This document shows positions 28,778 through 42,300 of a stretch of 64,000 nt of DNA, one piece after another (the first letter of the stretch is position 1; every line of letters begins with the position of its first letter). The translations under genes and the position numbers were made by a program. Under the pieces are notes generated by a model. That model was not told the DNA's origin and searched no databases. It worked only from the letters and a program-made list of their open reading frames with translations. Origin of the DNA: Macrostomum lignano (Eukaryota). The DNA is taken from positions 62,001 through 126,000 of the forward strand of contig NIVC01000782.1 of the NCBI GenBank assembly GCA_002269645.1. Reading direction: 5' to 3'.

Positions 28778-31700
28778 CTGTGGTGGGGAGCGGCGACTGC
28801 GGTTGGTTGGTGCTGTGGTGTCACTCTGTGTGTCACTCTGGGTGTCCCTCTACTTGTCACTCTAGATGTCCCTCTGTGTGACACTCTGTGTGTCACTCTG
28901 TGTGTCACAGAGTGTCTCTCTGTGTGTCACTCTGGGTAGCTGTGGCACTCTGTGTGTCACTCTGGGTGTCACTCTGGGTAGGCGCGGCACTCTGTGTCAC
29001 TGTGTGTCACTTTGTGTCACTGTGTGTTACTCTGGGTAGCTGTGGCACCCTGTGTGTCACTCTGGGTAGCTGTGGCACTCTTATCACTTAAGTTACTCCG
29101 GGTAGCTGTTTAGTGTGGGGGTGTCGCTCTTAGCTCCTAAAATCCTAAAGGAGAAAACCTAACTCCCAACTCCTAAAAAATTTAGTCACTCCTAAAATTC
29201 CTAATGTGTCAGTCTGGTAATTGTGGCTCTTTGTGTGCCCCTAGCTAGTTGCAGCACTCTGTGTGACTGTGTATCACAGAGTGTCTCTCTGTGTCTTTCT
29301 GGCATTTAGGGTGTAAATCTCAGTTGCTTTAGGTGTCACATAATGTGTACGCACTCCAGGTGTGCACTCCAGGTGTCACTCTCATCGCTCACAGGCACTC
29401 CAGCTGTCACTCTCATCACTCACAGGCACTCCAGCTGTCACTCTCATCTCTCATCCAACAGGTCCAGCTGTCACTCTCATCACTGACAAGCACTCCAGAG
29501 GTCACTCTCATCACTCACAAGCAGTCCAGATGACACTCTCATCACTCACAAGCACTCAAGATGTCACTCTCATCACTCACAGGCACTCCAGATGTCACTC
29601 TCATCACTCACAGGCACTCCAGATGTCACTCTCATCACTTACAAGCACTCAAGATGTCACTCTCATCACCCACAGGCACTCCAACTGTCACTCTCATCAC
29701 TCACAAGCACTCCAGATGTCACTCTCATCACTCACAAGCACTCAAGATGTCACTCTCATCACTCACAGGCACTCCAGATGTCACTCTCATCACTCACAGG
29801 CACTCCAGATGTCACTCTCATCACTTACAAGCACTCAAGATGTCACTCTCACCACTCACAGGCACTCCAACTGTCACTCTCATCACTCACAAGCACTCCA
29901 GATGTCACTCTCATCACTCACAAGCACTCAAGATGTCACTCTCATCACTCACAGGCACTCCAGATGTCACTCTCATCACTCACAGGCACTCCAGATGTCG
30001 CTCTCATCACTCACAGGCACTCCAGATGTCACTCTCATCTCTCATCCAGCAGGTCCAGCAACAGGTCCAGGCTGATAAGGATCAAAGGTCAAATTGTCTT
30101 TCAATGCATACTTTGGCGAGATCTTCAAGGGTATGTGTTCTTTGTGTTTTTTATTCTTTTCGTACATTCCAATTACTTTTATACCAGTTGTAAAGAATAT
30201 CTAATTAAGTTTTTTCTTGCCTTGCCTAAAGACAACTATTGTTATATTTCTTATTTCCAAATCTGTCTAATGACAGTGCAGGTGCCCAACTGGTCTGCTG
30301 ATCATGCCATCAACTCTCTAAATTACTCAATGCAGGACCCTATCCTCCGAGTTCTCTCTGGATTGCATCAAAAGGCCATCCAGACCTTCTGCGATCGCGT
30401 CTGAAAGTGCAAGAGCTCCAGACCAACAATCGTGGAGTGTCAGTGGGGGGAGCAATCGCGACAATGAAGGAGCTGACATGGCGCCTCTGCCGCCACCTGT
30501 GATGACAAAGCATCTGCTGACTCAGGCTGTAAGTGCTGATAATGCAGCCGTTTGGTTCACATTTATCTAGCTAGCTAGCTTTTTGCATTCATGTGTTCTT
30601 CATCTATCATATTGTATTATTTTGTATTTGTTTTCTGTATCCTTTTATTCGTTTTCCGTACTCATTTTCTGTATATATTTCATTATTGTTATTATGCTGT
30701 TTCTCGACGTTTCCTTGCATCCACATGTAATACAGTTACTCTCTTGACGCGTTCTGCAGAAATTGCTGAGTGTAATCTTTATAATTGCATAATATACAAT
30801 GCATTGAGTTAATTAAGTAGCCAATCATTATTGTGCTTCACTCTTCAGGCAGAATAATATTTTAAATAATATATTATTTTGCTAAGTACTATGAAAACCG
30901 ATTTGTTTATTTTTATGTAAGCTAGTCGATGCAAAAGCAAATTCGGAAAAATACAACCTAATCGTAATTTAGTCGGATATTAGCGTCACATTTCGATCGG
31001 ATTGCACGAGACAAATTCCTGCAGAAATTCCGATCGGATTCCGACAAACCTTTTTTACTGGGAGAATGAGCACAAGCAAGGTGCACATGTCACTGATTGG
31101 CAGCCTTCGTATCGATTTCTGTTGCTCCAAATAATGTTTCAGCACATGCGACTGATGACTGCATGCATCAGAAGAGAGCGATTTGGCCTCTCCCTTATTT
31201 TATAATGCTATCTGTGGAAAACTAATTATTCAATATTCATATTCATAACGAAAAAAATGTAGTTAAAGGGATAATGAGGAATAAAATTAATTTATTTTCA
31301 CAGTAACGCGAGATATATAGACTTCGTTTGTGAATATAAATCTTTGCTTATTACTCTGGTAGCCTGAATAGTAGTAACTCAAGAATTTCCTCTTGTTTAA
31401 ATTCTGAGGAGGGAAAAATTAGGAGAGCCCCGGGGGAGACTACGCTCGTACATATACTGTACTCGGTAGCTAAAAACAGCCACAGAAAATAGCCAAGCAC
31501 GTACGAGCGTACAATTGAAGAGCTGCGGCAAATCCACGGTTTTTCCGGCCTATCATACGCGTACATATTTTTCAGGGTGCACACAGCAACGGCCTGTTTG
31601 GTTGGTTTATGTCTGAATCTGAGTTTGAGGACTTTCATTGTATTTAAAGCATTTCTAAACATACTACTTACCGCAAGCACTCATATTCACAGAAAGCTGT

Positions 31701-31918
31701 CACCGCATTTCGTCAGTTTCAAATAACAAAACGCAGCAAAACGCCAGCAAATGCTGTTTCCTTGTCGATTTTCAAGACTCAAACTGAGCACCTTCAGTTT
31801 ATTAAAAAAACATTCTACAGAAAGAAGAAAACATGCGAATGTTATTTTGCATTTATTCTCTTAACATATTCTGAAGACAGAAGAACTGTACAATTTAATG
31901 AGCGTCGCGAAAATTTAA

Positions 31919-33439
<1,521 letters not shown>

Positions 33440-34835
33440 TAGAATATTAGAATAAGTGAGTTACAGCAAGCATTACAATGTAAAAGATTTGAAAATAGAA
33501 AAACAGTACAATTTTTCTATTTTTAGCACTGCTAGAAGCCATACGCTGCGCCGGCAAAACCGTGGAAAGACCAGAAAATTCCAGACACTAGTAGCTGGTG
33601 AGTGACCTGGTAATATACCAGGTAAATTAGCCTGGTATAATACGATGTAGCACTAACAATTTATATTTATATATATATATTCCAACACACTTAAGCTTAA
33701 GCATTCAGCTCGATCTCTCTCGACACATCGCAAATCAGCCATCGTTGCGGCCAGCAATGCCAGCAGCAGACGTCAGCGAGCAGCTCAGCAGCAGCCCGAC
33801 AGCCACCTCCAGCCCCATCGTTGCGGCCTGGGACGCAGAGCTCATGGCAGATTCGCAGGTTGGTTTTTGAGCTTCTGTGATTCTCAAGCATTAGTGAGGC
33901 TTGACAGCCCTGAGTGCATGCTGAAATTCTTTTTCTCTGAAATCCGGCTTTTCAGAGACCTTTGCAACCTGCTGGCTGAGCGATGGCAGCTGCATCTCAG
34001 TGTGTGAATCAATGTGACTCACACTGACACATTTGTACAGATAAAATGAGATGAGATGTCAGTGATTTGCTTCAAATATTGACTTTTCATACATATTATA
34101 TTCAGTTATTTATTCTGTTGATGTTGCGTTAAAATCCATAATACTGCAGCACTGAACTCGACTCCCACCGCCCGAAAACCCCACGGCTCAACCGAATCGA
34201 ATCAGTTAATCTACTTGGGCACAGGTAAACAAAGTTCAATAAGCAACTTATTGATTTTGAAAAATGTGATAAACACACGAGCTGCTACAGGACAGCTGTG
34301 ATACACTGGCACACATCACATGCACATTTTCATCTTAATTAACATGAAAAGCTCAGGTACTGCAACAGTTTATCAGCCTTGATTGAGCTCAGATAGAATT
34401 ACAGAATGAGCACAAGTGATGTCACTGATTGGCAGCCTTCATATCGATTTCTGTTGCTCCAAATGTTGTTTCAGGACATGCGACTGATGACTGCATGCGT
34501 CAGAGCGATTTAGGCTTCTCCCTTCTGTTTGCTTCTCTGCTTCTGCCTATTTATTAATAATTAATGCGCAGGCCGATAAATGCTGATTTTCATATTTTAT
34601 AATATTATCTGTGGCAAACTAATTATTCAATATTATAACTAAAAAAACAAATACAAACGGCTAATGAGGAATAGAATCTCCATTTGTGAATATAAATCTT
34701 CTGGTAGCCTGAACAGTAGTAACTAGAGAATTTGTCTTGTTTTAATTCTGGAGAAAAATGAATTAAGAGAACCAGCATCGTTCGCTCGTGCATGCACAAG
34801 GTAGCTAAAAATAGCCACAGAAAATATCTGAGTGA

Positions 34836-35045
<210 letters not shown>

Positions 35046-35127
35046 TAGTGTGGGGGTGTCACTCTTAGCTCCTAAAATCCTAAAGGAGAAAACCTAACTC
35101 CCAACTCCTAAAAAATTTAGTCACTCC

Positions 35128-35818
35128 AGTAGAAGGCATGAGGGGGCTTCTGGGACAAAATTTTTCACCTCCTCCATAATCCCATTAAATCCATCCATAT
35201 TATCCCTGACAGAATCAGAAAAAAGGGGGGTCGCACTCGCTCACAAAACGTCCTCCAGAATCCACCTAAATCCATCCATATTATCCACGACAGAATCTTG
35301 AAAAAGGGGAGGGGTCGCACTTGCTCCGAAAACTTCGAACATAATCCCATTAAATCCATCCATATTATCCCTGACAGAATCAGAGCATAACAAGTGTCCA
35401 CTAACACCTGTTATACTCACTGACACTGACATAATCCACTAACATCCACCCAGAAACAATCAGAAAATAATCTGTATTCTTTTCCCCACATTCAATCCAA
35501 AGCGGCGAAACCAAATCCCTAAAACTTTAAATTATCAGCGCAGGGTCCTTACCCTTTGAAAAAAAATTAAATTCTTAATAAAAATGTTTCCAATCGTCTC
35601 TCCAGGTTCTTATTACAAAGCGCACGAGCCTAATTACAAGAGCAAGTACCGATGCAAACTTGAATGCAGCGAGTATATGAGAAAATATTGGCCCGTCGTT
35701 GATATCAATGTCTCTAATATTAATCTAGCTCTCCAAAGACACTGGTTTTATAAGTATGGAGTAGTCATTAACGATTACGACAGCTACTATAACTTTGCAG
35801 AAATCATTAGGCAATTGT
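35128..35818 (+). repeat. Polinton left terminal inverted repeat (about 690 bp)
   Basis: Reverse complement of about 49975-50914; contains 3 units of an approximately 82-bp internal repeat and a small ORF. Confidence 0.9.
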
Positions 35819-35820
35819 AG
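35584..35820 (+). CDS. Small Tyr/Cys-rich protein encoded in left TIR (78 aa)
   Basis: Paralogue of 49973-50212 with many synonymous differences and a codon-length indel; A-run before ATG. Confidence 0.7.
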   Translation: MFPIVSPGSYYKAHEPNYKSKYRCKLECSEYMRKYWPVVDINVSNINLALQRHWFYKYGVVINDYDSYYNFAEIIRQL

Positions 35821-36217
35821 AATGTCGTTACGATACGCTTTAAGACTAAGACTGCATTAATAGATATTTTTACGCATGGTATTTTGCTGTGTGGCGGGTG
35901 GGTGATAGCGGAATGGGTATGGCAGCTGTTTCTTGTCATGGCGCGAGCGGCGTGTGCAGCATAGAGAAAAAAGCTTTTGCCCAGCTCAAGCCTTAACTAG
36001 CTCAGAAGATCCCTTGCCTAACTTCAGAAACGCCCATTTAGTTCCTTGTTTAAACCCCCAGCCTTTTCAACCCCCAGCTCTTTCAGCAGTCTTCCTAGCT
36101 CTTTCCCAGGCAACCCCAATCAACCATTAATAGAAAATACTGGCTATAAGTAGAAAATCTGCGGGTTTCCCTTCTAGAATTCGAATTCTAGAAAATTCTA
36201 GAATAAAAAGAAAATCC

Positions 36218-37129
36218 ATGGATTCCCGCGCCCACACCAATGGTCACCAATGGTATATATACAGCCGATTCACACCGCCCCTCGCCTCGCCTCGCCCCTC
36301 GCCTCGCCTCGCCTTGCCTGCCACACTGTATAATACACTGAGAAAAATTGCTAGAGCTCTTAAAGAGTCTCAGATTATCAGCAAAGCTATATCCTCTCTG
36401 AGCATGGCCGAAACAATCGCCAGTACAGGATTAACTGACGATATGGAAGGATTATTGACAAAGGATAAAACTGAAGCGAAAGCTTTCTTCGAAGAACTTT
36501 TGAGAGAGATTCCTGACGAACGAAAAGAATTTTGGTGTGATAAAGTCAATTCAACTTGGGACTTGGAAGGATCATCAATTCGACTGGAAGACCTCTTCAC
36601 TGGAGACAACGACGATGAGGAAGACAACTCAAAGAAGAAAGAGGAAATGGAAAAGAAGAAGAAAAAGAGAATTGAAGAACTCAAGAAGACTTTAAAAGAA
36701 AAGGTAGTGAAAGGAAAACTGAATGTGATTTGCAACCCAGCATTTGAGAACTTTCACTACGATCGGAAGAAGCCCCTAAGTGAGGCATCAGAATCACTGA
36801 CGAGAATAAATGTGGCAATTACTCACAATTCGAGGAATATCGTTGGCTTCGCCGTTCAAGCTGGCCTAATTCTCTCTCAAGTTCAACTGAAGTTGAAGCG
36901 AAAGAAAGGAGCATTCAAGAAATTCCTGGAAGAGAAGAACGACAGAGGCCAGCCGAAGATTGGAATGAAGAAGACAAGTGCATACTTCTACATGAAGCTC
37001 GCTAAACTTGCAGAAAGCTATCCAACAATTCAACAGCTGGCGATGCCACTAAGGGATCTGCAAGTGATTCTATCAATTCTAGAAGACGTTTGCAAGAGTG
37101 ATGAAGGTTTTTGGACTATTCTTCAGTGA
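36218..37129 (+). CDS. Polinton hypothetical protein; acidic/Lys-rich linker plus C-terminal helical domain resembling DUF3102 (start may be 36404)
   Basis: Long open frame; AVQAGLILSQVQ...GAFKKFLEE...KTSAYFYMKLA pattern. Confidence 0.6.
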   Translation: MDSRAHTNGHQWYIYSRFTPPLASPRPSPRLALPATLYNTLRKIARALKESQIISKAISSLSMAETIASTGLTDDMEGLLTKDKTEAKAFFEELLREIPDERKEFWCDKVNSTWDLEGSSIRLEDLFTGDNDDEEDNSKKKEEMEKKKKKRIEELKKTLKEKVVKGKLNVICNPAFENFHYDRKKPLSEASESLTRINVAITHNSRNIVGFAVQAGLILSQVQLKLKRKKGAFKKFLEEKNDRGQPKIGMKKTSAYFYMKLAKLAESYPTIQQLAMPLRDLQVILSILEDVCKSDEGFWTILQ

Positions 37130-37603
37130 AGGACATTTGAAGGTCAAACTTTTCCAACGCGTTGGAATTTTTTATTTGAATAACTAACTTTGTTGTGTTT
37201 TTTTCTTTAATGTCTACTCAATAGAAATTATATCTCTTTTTAAAATAATTTCTTTAATGTTTACCATTCTTTAAATAGAAATTCGCGTTGAAAAATTTCT
37301 TATTTTTTTTCTCTTTTTAAAAATAGGATTATAAATAGAAGCATGCCTCTAATTTCATAACAGAATTTATTAGAAAGGCCGTCAATCAGTGCACACCTAG
37401 CTCTATACATGTAACTGTTCAACTCAACTGGAAACTTCAAGCCTAGGCTACACAACAATAAGGAAAGTGAAGGTTGCATAAATTAGGAAATGACTTCGAG
37501 ATAAGTGAGAAGAAAGACGAAGTGGGTGACCGAAACAATACGTATTAGCCACAATACACAGCACCAGGTCTGCCCTGTAAGCACATTTAAAATCCTTCCC
37601 GAC

Positions 37604-38092
37604 TCAAGCGCCTATCTCAACCCCCAGCTCTTTCAGCAGTCTTCCTAATACCTCGTTTGGAGCACACAAAATAAACCCCGCTCCCGAGCACTCCGCGCAC
37701 CCACCCTCTCTTCCCAAACACCCACCCTCGGCGCCCATTCCTAATCCCAGTTTTGCCTTACTAAAAATAACAGCTTTAACTAGCTTCCGAGCGATCGACT
37801 CACGAAATCCGCTTGAAGCCCCTATATTGTCTAGTCTCTTAAGCATTTCTTTGTCCCAGCGATTCTTCTCCTCAGGAAAATCTCTATATTTAACATCGTG
37901 CCACATACAGACAGAGTCTAGCTCGTTCACAGGCTCATGCCCAGGATTTGGGTTGTTGTTTCCATCCAGCTGTATTTCAAGTGGATTCAAAGGCCCACAA
38001 TATTTGTACCCGGGAACTGTCCAGCCTTTGTTTGGATGAGGAAGCTTTTCTATCAGTCCATGTGAATCTATTTTACCACCAGAGCGCTGCAT
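37604..38092 (-). CDS. PLA2X: parvovirus-type phospholipase A2 domain protein
   Basis: PGYKYCGP Ca-loop-like motif, PVNELD, HDVKY catalytic motif, KAKLGLG; ATG at 38092. Confidence 0.85.
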   Translation of the reverse strand: MQRSGGKIDSHGLIEKLPHPNKGWTVPGYKYCGPLNPLEIQLDGNNNPNPGHEPVNELDSVCMWHDVKYRDFPEEKNRWDKEMLKRLDNIGASSGFRESIARKLVKAVIFSKAKLGLGMGAEGGCLGREGGCAECSGAGFILCAPNEVLGRLLKELGVEIGA

Positions 38093-38122
38093 TATTTTAT
38101 TTAAAATTTTCTTTTTAAATAA

Positions 38123-38703
38123 ATGACAGATCAGAAACTTAAAAAACTCTACTACAGCAACAAAGGATTCTTTGAAGGCAAAAATGCCGTTAGTAAACTC
38201 ATGGAGCTGAGTAAGGAACCAAAAGCTACAGTAGAAAAATGGCTCTCTAAGCAGGCTGTCTTTCAAGTCTATTTCCCACCAGTAAAATTTGAAAGGCCCC
38301 ATTTCAGTATTTATAAACCTAATGAGGCGCACCAAGCAGATCTTCTGTTTCTCCCCAATGACTCGGGCTACAAGTATGCTCTCACAGTAATAGACATTGA
38401 TTTAAGGAAGTTCGCCCACTCAAGACGAAGAAGTCAGAGGTTGTTGCAGCCGCACTCCAAGATATTTATAAAAACTCACCCCTTAGTTACCCTGAAATCT
38501 TTATGACCGACCCGGGTAAGGAATTCATGGGTGCAGTGAAATCCCTTATGGAAAAGAAAAACACAGAGATTCGCTATGGCAGAACTGGGCTCCACAGAGA
38601 CCAGGCTTTTGTGGAAAGATTCAATCTAACTCTAGCCAAGAGGCTATTCAGGCCTTTAACCCTAAATCCCCCACACGGTCATTCACTAGAGCTGAACTCC
38701 TAG
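38123..38703 (+). pseudogene. Retroviral-like (rve) DDE integrase, frameshifted near 38400 and C-terminally truncated
   Basis: HQADL..LP.D.GYKYALTVID, TDPGKEF, VERFN.TL. Shifted frame reads KEVRPLKTKKSEVVAAAL. Frame stops soon after RLF. Confidence 0.9.
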
Positions 38704-38748
38704 TGATACCGGCTGACACAGAAATTAATTAAAATATTAAAATAAAAA

Positions 38749-39204
38749 ATGACAAAGATTGAAACCAGAACCATCAATAAACTCAATAAAATCATTGAAT
38801 CAAAGAAACCAGGTCTTATATCAATTAAAGGTGTCAAAGTAAAAATCGATCCCACGCAGCAAATACTTCAGTGTAATGAGCAAAGACACAGCATCACAGA
38901 TGAAAATTCAGGAGGAATCCTACCATTAGCAGCTCTTATCCCGATCATTGCAGGCGCTGTAAGTGCCGCAGGTGGTGTAGCTGGAGGTGTAGCAACTGCT
39001 GTTAAAGATGGTAATGATAGTGCCCACCAGCTAGAATTGCAAAAGATTGCAAGAGACAAAGGTATAACAATTAAGGCAGGAGAGGGCTGCCCTGGTTGTG
39101 ATGATCGTGATGATTGTGAGCATGAAAATTCTGTAAGCAAGTCTGACATTGTCAAAGCCATCATGACACTGCACAATGCTGGGTTTACAATAATGCGGAT
39201 GTGA
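38749..39204 (+). CDS. Adenovirus pX(mu)-like core protein candidate
   Basis: GGILPLAALIPIIAGAVSAAGG resembles adenovirus pX GGILPLLIPLIAAAIGA. Confidence 0.6.
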   Translation: MTKIETRTINKLNKIIESKKPGLISIKGVKVKIDPTQQILQCNEQRHSITDENSGGILPLAALIPIIAGAVSAAGGVAGGVATAVKDGNDSAHQLELQKIARDKGITIKAGEGCPGCDDRDDCEHENSVSKSDIVKAIMTLHNAGFTIMRM

Positions 39205-39328
39205 TGAGGTTTAAAACCCCACTTTATCCAGCTTCATAAACCTAGCGCTACTGATAGGATGTAGAAACAGTTCAACTTTTCTATCAGGGTGGTAACCCTC
39301 AAAATTATTTTATATTTTAGAGAAAAAA

Positions 39329-42300
39329 ATGCCAAAAGCCAATCCAGCAAGAGATTTAGTCAACAAATATTTTTCAAAAGGCGTCTCATTTCAAGACAAA
39401 AGTAATTTACTAAGAGAAGCATGTAAACAAAAGTTTAACACCGACCCTGGTCACCTGGGAAGCTATGAAAAACAGTTGGAAATCACCAATCAATTAGAAT
39501 CCAACCAGTATGCGCCTATAAAAAGTCCTGCAAAGGAACACCAAGAGAGGAGTCGAAACTTAGTTAACAAATACGAAACTCTCACTGGTGAAAAAACCAA
39601 GTACCCACAAAATAAGCAGGAACAAGAGAAATTAGAGCAATTAATCCATTTAAAAGAGTCGGAGCTTGCCATTGAAAAGATTAATTTTGCACAGAGGAAG
39701 TTTACAGAACATTACATAGAGTACACAATCCCAATTAAGGATACCACCGCAAACATCTACGACTATAAAGACAGCATTCAATCAGTTGTTGATCACACAC
39801 TCAAAACACGCAAGACCTTTAAACTACAGATATCATTCAAGATTGCGTTTTATATGCCTGCAAAACCCACTGAGCATCTCGAGTATTACATGACAACAAA
39901 GGCAAAGCCATTCACCCCTACAGACACACTGGATCCATTCCTTCAAGATGTCACTAAGAAAATTGAAGCGTTTACATCCAGAGGTTCCGGATGGGTCGTG
40001 GGAGGGATTCAAAGAGCGACTGTCATAGTCATGAAATATGACCCACTTAAAGCCTCCTCTTATATAGAGCTCCCGCATAAGCTAGCCGGTAAAAAAGCTT
40101 GCATAAATGTTAAAAATAAAGACAATTGCTGTGCTCTATGGGCAGTTCTTTCTGCACTTCTTCATGATAGTGTCCCTCACCACCCCGAAAGAACCTCAAA
40201 TTATCAAAATTATTTCAACTACTATCTTATCGAATGCGAAAAGAAGGGAATCAGGTTTGATAAAGGAGGCTTGGCGATCTCTCAGATCCCAAAACTAGAA
40301 GAAGTGTTTAATAACAAAATTAGAATCACAGTCTTTGAGTGGAGTGAAAAAACTGAGAAAGTTCAACTGGTCAGATGTAGCAAAGACGTTTTAGATCCTG
40401 AGGGGAAAGGCGGACTGAAGTGGATCTTCTAGTGATTGGTAATTTTACTAGAGGAGGCTCACTATGTTTGGGTTAAAGATCTTTCAAGACTCATTCACAA
40501 GCAGTTGAATAATCATCACGAGGCTGTTGCCATCTGCCGCTTGTGCCTTAAGCATTACAGTGGACCTGAACGCTTTGAAAAACTAGTAGAGCATGAATTA
40601 TCATGCGAGGATCACCCGACAAACTGCTCTCTTCCTTCAGCTGAAGAGAAGTATCTCCGGTTTAAGAACTATCACAAGATGGAGAAGCTCCCATTTGTTG
40701 TATATGCTGATTTCGAATGCTCAATCGTGCCGGAAACTCAAAAACAAACTCAAACTCAAAAACATGTCCCCAATTCAGTAGCATATGTCTTTATTACTAC
40801 AAAAGGACTTGTTGAGTATAATTATTTCTTTGGAGAGCAGTGTGTGGAGCAGTTTATTGCCAGAATGTTAGAGTTGCAAAAAGTTATTAGCACCCTTCAA
40901 CCTGTTCCAATAATGATGACTGAGGAGGATGAAAGCAATTTCCTATCAGCAACTCATTGCCACATCTGCAGGAAACAGTTAACTTGCACTGATATTAAAA
41001 ACCCCACCGTTAGGGACCACTGCCACTTTACTGGGAAATTTAGAGGTGCAGCGCATAACACCTGTAATCTAAAGCTAAAATCGACCATTCATGATCTAAC
41101 AATATTTTGTCACAACGCAAAGAACTATTCCAGACATACACCTTGACTGCATCGCAGAGAACAAGGAGAAGTTTAAGTGTGTTGATATTAAACAGGATAA
41201 TTCGGGTACAGGTAAAATAAGACTGAAGGATTCATATCAATTTCTAGCTGCCAGTCTAGACGAACTAAGCAAGAATCTAAAAGATGAACAATGTACATAT
41301 ACAAAGATGTTTGCAAGTAAAATTAACAACAGTGATGAATCATTTAAACTCCTGAGAACCAAAGGCTTCTACCCCTATGAAAATATTACTGGGTATCACG
41401 TATTTGAAGAAGGTTTACCACCACAAGAAAAGTTCTTTTCAAAACTAACAGACTCTGGAATCTCTGACAAAGACTATGAGCACGCGAAGCATGTCTATAA
41501 TTACTTTAATTGTCAAAACTTCTTCCAGTATCACCTGCTTTACCTCTACACAGATGTGTTTCTGCTGGCCGATGTGTTTGAAACTTTCAGATACACCTGG
41601 TACACAGCATATGGCCTCGATCCAGCACATTATGTGTCTCTGCCTGCCACTAGCTGGGAATCTTTGCTTAAAATGAAATGGGATCAAGATCCAGATTGGT
41701 ACATTGAACTTCTTACAGACATTGACATGTACAATTTTGTCGAATCGTCAAAGCGAGGGGGAATCTCAATTTGTGTTAACAGGTATGCAAAAGCAAACAA
41801 TCCCTACATTGGATCTTACAATAAAGAGCAACCCTCAAACTACATTACTTACTTGGACGCTAATAATCTCTACGGGTGGGCGATGAGTCAAGATCTTCCA
41901 GTTAGAGATTTTCGATGGCTACCCTCATCAGAATTCAAATGGGACTTTTCATTGGCTGCCATTTATGAAGTTGATGTTTACATTCCACCAGAGCTTCACG
42001 ACTATTTCTCTGACTTTCCACCCTTCCCAGAGAACATCAAGTGCCCGAAAATAATCGAAACTCCCAATGATAATAATGGAACTTGGCACCTGTCAGGAAC
42101 AGAAAAAGAACATACAGAGAAACTAACACAGAATCTAAACAACAAGACACGTTACAAAATCCATTACAAACTGCTTCAGTATTTTATCTCACTGGGTTGC
42201 ACGGTCACCATAGTTCACAGGGCTCTCACATTTACAGAGGAAGCGTGGATGAAACCCTACATTGATAAGAATACCCAGTTTAGGACCAAAGCAACCAACG

